A stretch of DNA of 64,000 bases from the NCBI GenBank assembly GCA_002633005.1, contig NMRA01000091.1, positions 140,275 to 204,274 of the forward strand. Direction: 5' to 3'. The DNA comes from Phoronis australis (Eukaryota > Animalia > Phoronida). The notes beneath the pieces are model-generated. The model was not told the DNA's origin. It made no database searches and saw only the letters and a list, made by a program, of their open reading frames with translations. The translations under genes were made by a program, and so were the position numbers. Shown here one piece after another: positions 1-11,556 of the stretch. Position 1 is the stretch's first letter; every line of letters begins with the position of its first letter.

Positions 1-447
1 AGTTAATAGACAGTCGCAAAGTTTTATAAATGCGCATTGATATCACAATTCAGCTTTGATAGACGAGTTAAAGACCTAGGTTAGCGAGTAAGCTTTAAAT
101 TTATTTCCATATTCAAGGTTCTAATGGGCAATAGCATCGCTAAGCAAAGACCTATTAACGAGTAGCCAACCATCGACTGTGGATGCTTTCGTGCATTTTC
201 ACAATTTACTATAATGGCAGACACTTTTCAGTCGCTAATTGATCGCTTGGTTCCGTAATATGTCTGATAAATCCTGTCAACACGTATTTCCCAGATCAAA
301 TAGCTTCTTGGCCATAATTTGCAGGCTCCTTTTAGTTAGATGACTTTTGTTGATCACAATAGTCAGGTGTGAAAAAACGCTCAGACGTTGACGCTGCATT
401 AGTAGGGTCTGATAGAATCAGTTGACCACCGAGCCTAAGATGAGACA

Positions 448-610
448 TTGTGGCTTAGTGGTTTGAGACCTGCGTTCAAATCCGAGATTGCACGAAGGTG
501 TCTCCTACTCCTCTGAGCTCGGTCTCCCTAGTGAGTGTACGCAACGGAGTGTATGACAACATGGATATAATGCGAAAGCGATTTCTGGGCTTACGCTCTT
601 TCACAGTGCT
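448..610 (+). mobile_element. Degenerate tRNA-derived SINE head
   Basis: A-box-like TGGCTTAGTGG (451-461) and B-box-like GTTCAAATCC (474-483). The spacing is abnormally short, implying an internal deletion. 3' extent is approximate. Confidence 0.4.
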
Positions 611-1284
611 ACGAATAGTAGCACTGTCGAATGTTGTTTATCATGGTTTCTCATTGGTTAAAGTAATGAAACCGACGTTATAACATTCAGGAAACCCCTT
701 TCAGTTCACTGTTACTTAGTATGGCGATCACCTTTGACTTGAATATAGTTGCAAATCATTAAAACGGGCAGTGATCGAAGTAATCAAAATCGAGATAACC
801 CCGATCCATTGGCTTAAGCCAAACAAGTACAGCCTATAAACGCTTGTGCAAGTGGTAGCGATGTGATCGGTAGACTTCCGACCAAGGCACGCGCATTGAT
901 GCCCACACACCGAATCCCGTGTGTCGTTCATCAGGTTTCCACATGGTCACTTTTCAGAATAGGTGGCGCTGTGTCAGATGGTATTTCTGGGGTGTGCTAA
1001 CAATATTGTACAACTGCAAAGCAGCTTTAGAGAAGTCAATATTTTCATTCCATTGAATGCTCCTTATTATCACTATTTTGCCACTTGCTCATTTCAGGAT
1101 TTTTATATTGTGTGAACTATAACTGTTTTTGAAAAAGTTGTATTTAATTTGTCAACTCTTAGTTAGCCTTTGTGAAAATTAAACGACTAGCCGTAGCCGT
1201 AGAACTTTCAAATTCAAACTAATAACTAGTACAATGCTAGTAGTATTACACTCATGTCACTTCCAGAGTAAATGTGTACCATAA

Positions 1285-1814
1285 AGAGTCCTGGAACGCG
1301 AGAAACGGACTATTTGAAAGTGATTCTCTGTCACTGAAACAGAATTCAACCTGCGCAGCCAGGTATTTTAGGGTTTGTTTGTAAATAATTTTAATTTTGT
1401 TGATATCAAACAATTCATTTTCTTTTAGTTTCAAATCTCGAAAAACGATCTGTCAGCTGCTCTCCACTTCGTCGATATTTTCCCACATGGCAAAGCACCT
1501 CCTTATTTGGTATGACAAGACATAGACGTAGCACATTTTCCTTATATAGAAAGTGTGACCTTTGACCTAAAGCGACTTCATGCAACAGCCTGTGAGCGCA
1601 TGCACTCATTTATCATAAGTTGGGGATTAGAAACCCTGTGGCAACCACAGAGCTTTTCCTTCGCGGGTATTTAAAAAGTCATGAATTTTGTGATTTTTCT
1701 TGGAAATTTCCTGAAACGGGAAGTGAATTGCTCTGTACTAGACGTTGTGAGATGCAATTTCGTCAGGAATTGTTTAAAAAATATTTTTGACGAGCTTTCG
1801 TGTTCCATGTCTCT
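1285..1814. mobile_element. Non-autonomous DNA transposon, Kolobok-like (TTAA target)
   Basis: Imperfect TIRs: AGAGTCCTGGAACGCGA vs reverse complement AGAGACATGGAACACGA. Flanked by ATAA (1281-1284) and TTAA (1815-1818). Purine-purine termini with a TTAA TSD are typical of Kolobok. Confidence 0.55.
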
Positions 1815-1889
1815 TTAAGATTACGTTTCAGTGACATTACAATGGTTTAGACCATACAGTCAAAACTTGTCATTTTGTAACAAGTTTTG

Positions 1890-1935
<46 letters not shown>

Positions 1936-1951
1936 ACAACAACAACAACAA
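1890..1951 (+). repeat. (CAA)n microsatellite
   Basis: About 20 CAA units with one single-base interruption. Confidence 0.97.
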
Positions 1952-1961
1952 AGTTTGAATT

Positions 1962-2170
1962 TGTGAATATAGCGCCTGCACGTTTAGCAGAAGGCCCTGG
2001 GTTCGAGTCCCAGTCGGAGCAGAAATCTTTTCGGACTTATATTCATTAGGTCGGATGATGGCTTGCAGGCACGACTTAAATGTGTATTTCTGTGCTAAAT
2101 TCCCTCCTCGTAATGTGCTGGCAATCGTGGCTCGAGCGCTTTGGTTTCGCTTAGGCTTAGGTCTTAAACG
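1962..2170 (+). mobile_element. tRNA-derived SINE, 5' end damaged
   Basis: Perfect T-arm CTGGG-TTCGAGT-CCCAG (1997-2013) containing B box GGTTCGAGTCC, preceded by an anticodon-like stem CTGC-ACGTTTA-GCAG. No A box or acceptor stem, so not a tRNA gene. 3' end approximate. Confidence 0.6.
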
Positions 2171-3129
2171 ATTAGCATCATAATGAATGTCGATGTATCA
2201 AATGTGTGCGCATTAGCATAATAGTTTGTATGTTTTTATTTGTAAAGTTGGACATTGAAATTATTTACGAAACAATTCATATTCATAATGTTTTCCGTGT
2301 TAACTGATACTTAGAACATCGGTTTATATTAAACGAGTGGCGATTTGAAAACGATTATTAAAAGCTTGACATTTGTGGTTAGTTGGGCCTATGAAATCCT
2401 ACGGTTGGAAAATGCTATGAAACAAAATCTGATTAAAAAGTATCGCGTATTACGAGGCCATTAATTTATGTGATGGCCAAAGTTAATATACATGTTGTCA
2501 TTCACATTGCCAATTTATGATTGAAACACGCATCAAAGATTCCCCTTTCCTCTGTATAAACCATGCGAACCATTGGTAGGTGTACAATCAATCGATAGCA
2601 TCTAATATATTTTTTAATAAAGTCGTAAGCATCAAACCACGAAAATCCACTTTCTGTATTCAATAAAACGATAAGTCGGGATCATGGCCACGGTAATCTC
2701 ACAACATTGACGTTGTTTATACTAGCGAAGCATAAACGCGTCAGAGACAGTCATCCTAGTGTTTGACGAGGTCTCGCAAGATCGCGCTCGTGTTCTCATA
2801 ATATTTATGCGGAGTAACAGCCTCGCACATAGTTTTCAATTGACGAGATTGTTGTGCTTGTCTATAATGTTTCAAACGTAACCGTGAAGATCATACATGT
2901 AGTTGTCGCTGTCAGCTTAGTCCAGAGTGGTTCGAAGGCCTCACAACTTAAGTCAAGGTAAACTTTTAATTTATCTCAGTTGAATGAAACATTACATTTC
3001 TCATAAAGGAGAGAGCAAATTGTTTACTCTACTCGCGCACTGTATCGAAAACTAACTGCAACTTAAGTGACCATCTATCTCAACCTGTAATCGAATTTAG
3101 GGGCGTAAAACGCATTTTTGGATTTCAAT

Positions 3130-3427
3130 GGCCTGTTTCTCGAAGAGACTGTCGGCTTTCATCTTTTGATTTGAGCCGGAATTCAGAAATTTGATTACGA
3201 ATAGACAAAAGCTGGGTTTTTGTCTTTTGAGGTCTCGAAATGCTTTGTCCTTTGTCTAGTCAATCAGACTACGGATTTTTGTCTTTTGACTTCAAGTTGG
3301 AGACATATTTTTTACTTTCAGCCTTCATTTTGGTGTGTTTCATGAAACAAGCTAGACCATCCGTAGACTGGTTGTTAGCAGAAAGTGAAAAGACTAACTC
3401 AATAAACTCTTCAAATAGCAAGACCCC
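3130..3427 (+). mobile_element. PIF/Harbinger-like MITE, copy 1
   Basis: Starts GGCCTGTTTCTCGAAG. Internal 3270-3390 (GATTTTTGTCTTTTGA..CATATTTT..TTTCATGAAACA..CCATCC.TAGACTG) aligns to the reverse complement of 25450-25560. Confidence 0.5.
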
Positions 3428-3457
3428 TGTAGTTACTAGCTTCCACAAACACCGTTG

Positions 3458-3619
3458 CAGGGGCGGATCCAGGATTTTGAGTTAGGGGAGCCATGTCCGA
3501 GTATTAGCCAGGATTTTACCCGTCAGACATTCGCACCCCCCGTACTGCCGAATGGAATTTAGGAGAATTTTAGGCGGGCCATGGCCCCCTTGCCCCCCAA
3601 CCCCTTAAATCCGCCACTG
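3458..3619 (+). mobile_element. MITE with CAG..CTG TIRs and 5-bp TSD (hAT5-like), copy 1
   Basis: TIRs CAGGGGCGGAT / ATCCGCCACTG. Exact flanking direct repeat CGTTG (3453-3457, 3620-3624). Homologous to 26242-26407. Confidence 0.8.
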
Positions 3620-5334
3620 CGTTGTGTTGTAATTTCATTAATGCGCCAGTTTCCGATGTTGGCTTGTAGCTAGTCCCCGTGCAATTGAGGTTTGATCAGT
3701 TGTTTGCTGCTAGGTGGAAAGTGGCCGAGAACGAACTAAGGCGATCGTGCCGATCATAGCTGACGTGTAAATATAAGATGAAGAGGAGAATATTCCATGC
3801 GCGCATCCAGCCTTCAATATGGGGGGGGCTCGAATTCCTGACGTTGTGGACCTTTTGGTAAAAAAACGGCCGGCGGACTAAACAAAAGAAAAAAGGGCGC
3901 ACCACTGTGATTTGCGCGTTTGTGCTTGTTTAGGGGACTTTTGTCTCATTTTCTCGGACTTCTTGTTTCTCACAGGCGGACCTTTTTGCCCACTTCGCCA
4001 AACGGGGGGCGCTTGTATTCGAACCACGTTGGAAGAGTAATTTCTCACAAATAAGAATTTGGGAACGAAGTCGAGCACTGGACTGCCGTGCGAGATGGCA
4101 AGAACTTTCTTGTAAGTTCGTGCTTGCTCGACCTCGGGTCTCTTTGGACAGCCGGTCGCTGTGTCTACATTATCGTATCATCTTCTTGAATAACTTGACT
4201 TTCGTGGTTATTTTTTATTAGTTTCAAGCGTGAAATTGAGATTATTTTGACAAGATTCTAATATTTCTCATGTAATCAACCGGCTTGACTTCCTCGCTTA
4301 GTATCAAAAGCAAAAGTATCGAATGATTTCGGTCAAGTACATTTACAGAACTACGACTAGCCAAAGTATCCAAACCCGCTTTGAAAACCTGATAACATGG
4401 CAGTTATAACTGCTAACATATGCAGTTTTTTGGGAGTATTTATTACTGTTTTCTATGATTGAACACACATTTGTGTCAGGTAGAGTCACCGTGCAATCAA
4501 GGCTATTCCTAAAGGTCTAGTGGGTCAACTGGGAGGTTAACGGTCATTGGTTTCGCAGGATTTTTTTACTAAAATAAAAGCGAAAGAAAAACACCTTCTC
4601 GTACAGAAATCGAAGTACTTTTGAAACAAAATTCTGAAGAGCTGTTTAAGTTAAGCCTGAGATAAAACTTTGAGCATCATGCTTAGTTGATTGTGTCAAG
4701 GTTATATATTTACATTTATCATACATAGGTGATGATACGGCCGTGAAATAACTGTGTTATCACACCGTGAAATACGTCAGAACTACTTTTCCGTATTTTC
4801 TGTAGAGAAGATAACCATTATTATCTCTAGATACAGCGGCCAATTAGTCAAAAATGAGTCGTTGCCATGGTAAACATATTGCTACGCCAAACACGGAAAT
4901 CATAACCTCCGGGTCCTAACCGTGTTGTATTTAGTCAATATATGTAAATAGAATCGTTAATAGTTATAAAAATTCTTGCCTTGTGATATTCTTTTATTAA
5001 TTCATGTAGTTTTCTAAGTATTGTTCTGATCATCTGTTCAACCTACTGTCGGTCCGGTACTGCGGTGGTACATGTAACAAAAGGCTATTTGTCTCTTAAT
5101 TCGTTATTTGACGTTAAAGTTATTTCGTATGTTGATTAATTTATCATTGCTGCTATTTTACATGAAATAAACGCACACTTTATGAGTTAAAATTTGTTCT
5201 CAATTCCCGCAAAGGCATATAAAAACATGCTGAAGCTTAGCCCCCTGAAGATCGCGTAAATAATGCGCGCCTAAAAACAGTTCTTGTACGATAAATATGT
5301 AATACAACACCCGTGAACTGTGGGCTATTGTTTC

Positions 5335-5410
5335 TCGATACGTGATATGCAAGCCGATTTAAACTCGGCTTCGTCGTCGTTTAATTTGGCTTACATATCG
5401 CGTAACTCGA
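5335..5410. repeat. Palindromic (foldback) element with CTCGGCTTCGTCGTCG loop
   Basis: Left arm TCGATACGTGATATGCAAGCCGATTTAAAC pairs with right arm GTTTAATTTGGCTTACATATCGCGTAACTCGA. Confidence 0.7.
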
Positions 5411-5863
5411 TTTCTCACATGACCTAGAAAGTGTTACGACACTACTGCTTAATGACACCGAGTACGTAATTATTACATGGGCGAATCACAAAGTAGTGCA
5501 AGTAGACATCCATGCGCCTTACATTCTATCATCTGCAAAACCATAAAACAACCAAACGCTCGCCAACCAAACAATGCCGGAATTCCGAAAAGAGGACAAG
5601 GTTTTGATTGACAAATTGGGTGTCGCAATTGTACATGCTCCCAGTCGGAAGGTCGACATGCAAACAACTTCCTAAACGGACCCATGTTCGGCGGCGAATT
5701 CCAAAAAGTAACTGAATTACATTACATTACGCAAGCGTGTTTTTACAAAAGTTGCGTTATGTGGTTGAAAGTTTTAGACACGTCGAATTTTTCGGCAAAA
5801 ATCGTTTTTACGGTTCATGTGAGAAAACAAATCCTACACTCGTTTCAGATTGATGACATGGGC

Positions 5864-6740
5864 CATAGCCGGATTTAGAGGGGGGCCAGGGGGCCCGAGC
5901 GTAGGGAAATGTTGAGTTTATTAATTAACCCCGGTAATTAAAATTATACGGCTGAAACAAGATTTAAAATGTGTGCAGTTTTAGTGTTTGGGGGGGGCTC
6001 AGATCCAATTTCAAGTGTCAAATTCGGAACACGGCGCAATCGTAACGGTTACTATGGCTAAGTATAGGCTCTCCCGCGATATCTCAGGCGACCGTCAGTG
6101 GCGCTGGGCACTACGACTCCGTTTCCGTCGTCTGCTCCACTTTTTGATGATGAAAAAACAGAAGCTGCTGGTAAGATGTCAATTTTAATAGAAGCCTTAG
6201 TGATTCACTCAGAAACTCATAATGCTCTCTTTGTCAAACCTTAACTTAACTTCAATCGCGTCATTATTGCCAACACAAGGATTTGGTCTTTTGGGCAATT
6301 GAAGACTATTTTAAATACAACAAATTTGTTACGAACTGATTGCACAAAATATAAAACATGTAATAAGCATTACAAAAAGAAGGTTTCGCGCGCAAACGCT
6401 GTGGATTATAAACAAGTAGGTCTCTTAGTATCAATTAAGGAGTTAAATCGTGGTGGTGCAGTGGTAAAGCACGCGCGCTGTATCCGCCAGGTCGTGAGTT
6501 CGAGTCTGTGGAACTTGGAGTTTTTCCTGTTTGACACTTTCTCCGTTTGTTTTTTGCCTTTTTTCTTGGATAATATTTCGAGAATCAAGGAAAATGCTTG
6601 ATTTTAAGAGGGAAAAACAGAAAATTTCCAGGGCAAACCTCTCTCCGCCCTTCCCCCATGCGCATCTACAATCGTGCTTTGAGCAAATGTTTACACAAAA
6701 AATGTTGGGCCCCCCTTGTGATATCCTAGATCCGCCAATG
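5864..6740. mobile_element. Non-autonomous hAT element, 877 bp, 8-bp TSD
   Basis: TIRs CATAGCCGGATTTAG / CTAGATCCGCCAATG (12 of 15 match). Exact 8-bp TSD ACATGGGC at 5856-5863 and 6741-6748. Confidence 0.85.
6452..6525 (+). mobile_element. tRNA-like Pol III cassette (SINE head or tRNA pseudogene) inside the hAT element
   Basis: A box TGGTGCAGTGG (6454-6464), B box GAGTTCGAGTC (6496-6506), T5 run at 6521-6525. The cloverleaf is incomplete. Confidence 0.55.
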
Positions 6741-7719
6741 ACATGGGCAAAACCTTTTGGAAAGTTCGTCTAAATCCCTCGGCAAGCCTCGGGATTTTCA
6801 CGAAATTTCCAAGAGGTTTTACCCATGTCATAAACCTGAGACTCGTGTGGGATTCTTTATATAATAACCCACAGTTATCATCGCGTCCGTTACATAACAT
6901 ATATGTGTAACAGAGTAAGTCTCCACTGAACCTCAGAATATGTATTTTCTCTCATCAGGCATTCGTTTCAGTTCAATTTGCACATGATAACGATCAACTT
7001 TCCATGAAAGCAAAAGAAGGAAACACCCTTCTCCTAAGCCTGTCGCTAGCGAAGTGCCCGACACATACAGTCGCGCCCACATGCCCACGTAACAAAGGCG
7101 CACTGAGACGCAACAAAGACATTAGCATAAGAATAACTGAACATTTGCAACTAAATAAGAATAACAATAAGCGTAAAGTTACGAACGTCCCGTCACATAT
7201 GTAGAAATTATTATGACGCGTAAGAGTGATTAGGTGAGTCAGGGCCCAGGTTCTTATCGGTAAACCGGAAATCGAACTCAGCTTTATTTTTATATCTTTT
7301 CGATTTAATTTTAAACGAGCTCGATATGTGCTTGAGAAGATTATGAGTTGCGCGGATGACTACACTACAGTAGTTCTCTTTTGGTGGCGCTTTGATTCGA
7401 GCTAGAAACTTAAGTAAACTTTCGAGATTCCGACTTCAGATTTGAACTCATAGCTTTAATACTGGGGTCCTAAAGTGCAAACTATAATTAGAGAGTCGCT
7501 TATAAGTCATGATGTACTAAAGCACAGTATACTAAACTCTTATCTTGAGTTCACACAAAAGCGGAAGGGAAATTAACAAGCATAATTTCGAGTTCACTTT
7601 TGATACAGATTAGACCTCGTCTCCTGATTTAGAACCGCCAAGAATTATTTAATTCGTGTGCTTTAAAATGTTAACATGCGCAATAATGGATTAATGACCT
7701 TTATGTGTGTAGCTTTAGC

Positions 7720-9015
7720 CAGTATCTACCTATTTACATTTATCTATCTACATGTATTTATTTCAACATTTAAGGCCTTGGCCTACATGTTACATAAAAT
7801 TTACAGGATAACACTGGGCAGCTGTTCCCTGAGGGCTGTGGCGTGAAATACAAATTTCATTAGATTAATCTGAGCAATAGGTTCCAACATTTTCATTAGT
7901 TTTACAAATTTATGTTTATTTTGTTCACGCCAGCACCAGTCAGGTACAGCAATGCAATTCTCAGAGAACAGTAGTTTTTACAAACACATATCAAATGGTA
8001 TTTATCTTCAATTAGGGACACACAGAAACAACACACACGGTACTTTTGGTCCACAAGAGCATGCAGTCTACCTTTCTCTATCCTCAAATTATGGTTGGAG
8101 CAACGTAATTTAGCCACAGCTGTTAAAAAGATATATGGAATATCACGCAACAGATAGGATTCCATTTCAAAATTAATTTCAAATGAGAAATGTGTATTAC
8201 GTTTTGAGCTATTCTCCCCAGCAAAGCTCCAGTCTTGTAAAAAACAATCTTTAATTCGCTGCTCAAAAATGACAAGAAAAGATGCTTCTCAGACAACTCC
8301 CTGATTGTGCCATACCAATCCCAAATTCACATCTTTGCAGCAAATTCCTAACAGATGAAGCCCATTTTTTCCTACCAGCCTCATCCAATGTGACAAGGTT
8401 GGCATAGACAGATTTTGGATTTAGATTTGCTGGCATTTTTAACAATTTAAACCAATACTTGATGAGTTTAACAAACAGTTAAATTGGTTCCTTCCCAGTT
8501 CGATGATTTGGACAGTTACTTCCAACACCCAGCAGCTACTTACAGAATTTCAATTGGACGCGCTCGGTACTAGAATATTCTTTAAATTCCCAAATCTCAC
8601 AGCCATAGCTAATGTTTGGGTATTCCATTGTATCAAAAATCTCGAGTGCAATTTTCAGTGAAAGTCCTCCTAATTTTGACTGAAGACGTTTAATTGAAAA
8701 AATTGCTTTCTGTGCCTGGTGAGACAAAAATTGCGTAGCTTGCGTCCAGATTAACTTAGGAGTAAGGCAAATACCCAGGTACTTATATGATGAGACGACA
8801 TCAATTTTGTCGTTTCCAAAATGCCATTTTTCACATTTCCTCAGTGGTCCGCCTTTTCTAAATACCATATTTTTTGTTTTTGTAAGGTTAACTTTCATAC
8901 CCCAATCCTGACAGTATTCATGCAGAACGTTAATTTGTTGCTGTAGTTTAAATACTGTCTCCAGCTGCACAACCAACCATATCATCAGTGTATGGCAACA
9001 TACCAATTTGAGGTA
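7720..9015 (-). mobile_element. 5'-truncated, frameshifted non-LTR retrotransposon (RT C-terminus plus CCHC domain; RTE-X-like)
   Basis: Degenerate catalytic motif YTDD at 8981-8992, in a different frame from the ORF 8536-9018 (LQQQINVLHEYCQDWGMKVNLTKTKNMVF..YKYLG). C-terminal LRCSNHNLRIEKGR..CCFC..IEDKYHLICVC (7902-8165). AATAAA followed by a GATA-type tail near 7720-7762 on the minus strand. The clade assignment is tentative. Confidence 0.9.
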
Positions 9016-11228
9016 CATTCTCGTTTACATAAATTCCGCTATTTAAAGATTCTTTTAAGTAATCAAAAAACTCGTCCACATACATACGGAATAAAAAGGA
9101 CTAAGCATACACCCTTGGCGAGTACAATATTATTACTGAAAAAGTCTGTTAACCCACGCTCAGTTCTTACACACGCTCTTAGCTTTGAATACGTGCTTTA
9201 ACCATTAACTTTGTAGGCTTATTTCTGTGTAAATAAGCCTGGTAGATAATTGGCCTGCCTGTTGTTATACAAGACAAAAGACTGTGCTTGGCAGTTAACA
9301 AGGAAGCTAGATATTGTCACACGCTCACAACCCTCTTCGTCTGGTAAAGTCACTGAACGGGAAAACCCCGTCATGTACCTGCGTGCTGGCTACCACCTAG
9401 CGGCCCGCAGGGAACCAGCGAGGCTTGTTGACTGATTCACTCCATTGCAATGACTTGGTGACTGTGACTGCTGATTCTGTTACTAACTCTCACTTCATCG
9501 TATCTAGATATTCAGTCTGTTGCAATGTTCTGGAACTTCCCGCCACTTCTAAAACTTTCTGGATTACCCAGCCATTTTTCAGATACATGTATATGCTAGG
9601 CTCCAGAATGTTCTGAACCGTAGCTCTATATCGGACATTAATTTGATAAAACCGATGTTCCAGGGTATTTGGTTATAAGAGGGCTGAATACCGTAGACAG
9701 AAGAATGTCGCGAATGAATTTAATGTGATCACATACTTGCTGGCAATGGCGATACCTCGCTAGGGTTTTAATCACGTGACATTGCCTTTACTGAGCTTCT
9801 GGCTTCTACGGACGGCCCCCCCAGATACGGTAGTGACTGGCCTGACTACATCGGGTCATTGAAGTGTAGTAAACAAACACAAAAGTCAAATAAAACATGT
9901 ACCATTAAAGTGTTATTCAACAACATGTTCGAGTATGATACGAGACTTGGGATCGACAATTTAAACCATACCATTCTGGAAGATGCTGCTGAAGTAATCT
10001 AATTAACTGCTGGCTTGTTATTGGCTATCCCATGTGACGTAGTGGCAACGTGAAAGATGAAATGCGCGGGCTTTGTTTTTCTTATTATGTTGTCTGTGCT
10101 CCTCATTTTAGCGTGATTTTTTGTTTTACTCTGCAACATAGCTCTTGGCGTTTCCAGGGCAAAATAGATTACGATAATAATTTTTCGCTATTCTGATCGA
10201 GGTGCTCTTTGTGGCGGATGCAACAATAAGGCTCCAAATAGCCACCAAACCTGGCCTGTCCGAAGAATTTAATTTCTAGGCAGTGCAAATAGAACAGAAG
10301 ATGTAAAGGTAGACATTCCAAATGAACTGTGACCTCTGTCTGGTTCTACTCAATCTACATTTATCCAAAATGGGCAAAGTACTAACACAGAATAGATCAA
10401 TAATCGTGACGATTATGGGTCTGCTGTCAGTATATATGACTGCAACGGCGATGCCATACATGTATACATTGACAAATGTTCAGACCCATGAAAGTTTACA
10501 CATACATGAATTTAAAACCTTCTTCTTTTTGAATAGCAATACTATATCTACTAAGTTACAATTGTGGTCTCAAATACCACCATGTTGACTTTGATACTTT
10601 GAGTGGCTGGTTCTTTGCATTGTTCACGTTACTGACGTTTTGTTTCTAACGATGATACTAAACCCTGTTTTGCTTATTTCAACCTATTTCTCGTTCTGTT
10701 ACCTGCCTATGCACCACTGGCATTTCACTTGAGTGATAAAAGTAGGGTTCAACAAAAAAATCACACCCCCTGTGTCACAGATAGGATATCGGGGTTCTTT
10801 GTGGCTGGCTCTTCCCAACAGATATCGCGTAACTCGCCTAAAGCGTAGGTCATGCTTGCCCATTTAGCAGACTTTGTAAGGTATGTTCAACTTTTGCTCG
10901 AAAGATTTGAGTGTTGCCGAGGGTTACAGAGCATTAGATGGGGACGCCATTTTTAATGTCTGTTTATAGGCCAAAACGGAGTTTGGTAGCCTTTTAGGTT
11001 AAACCGAAGCAAATAGAAATGCAACTTAATTTTAATTTGTTTTGCTTGCTCAGTTGCGTGGTGTCATCTTTTCGTGAAGTGTAAAGTAAAGATTGAAGTC
11101 CTAGAAGCACACGTTTTTAACCCTTATTAAATAGTTACAATAAATTATAAGGAAATTCGCAGTGCCTATTCTATAACCAATACACAATCCGTAGTCGAAG
11201 AAAGTTAAATAAACGTGCCACTCACGAC

Positions 11229-11556
11229 NNNNNNNNNNNNNNNNNNNNNNNNNNNNNNNNNNNNNNNNNNNNNNNNNNNNNNNNNNNNNNNNNNNNNNNN
11301 NNNNNNNNNNNNNNNNNNNNNNNNNNNNNNNNNNNNNNNNNNNNNNNNNNNNNNNNNNNNNNNNNNNNNNNNNNNNNNNNNNNNNNNNNNNNNNNNNNNN
11401 NNNNNNNNNNNNNNNNNNNNNNNNNNNNNNNNNNNNNNNNNNNNNNNNNNNNNNNNNNNNNNNNNNNNNNNNNNNNNNNNNNNNNNNNNNNNNNNNNNNN
11501 NNNNNNNNNNNNNNNNNNNNNNNNNNNNNNNNNNNNNNNNNNNNNNNNNNNNNNNN
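11229..11556. other. Assembly gap
   Basis: Run of N. Confidence 1.

Larger units (their letters stand above)
5831..6853. repeat. Palindromic element (loop CTCGGCAAGCCTCG at 6778-6791) interrupted by a hAT insertion
   Basis: Right arm 6792-6853 pairs with 6741-6777 and then continues pairing with 5831-5863 on the far side of the hAT element. Confidence 0.7.

Noticed and set aside
1962-2020. Functional tRNA gene
   Set aside because: T-arm and anticodon-like arm only; no A box, D-arm or acceptor stem.
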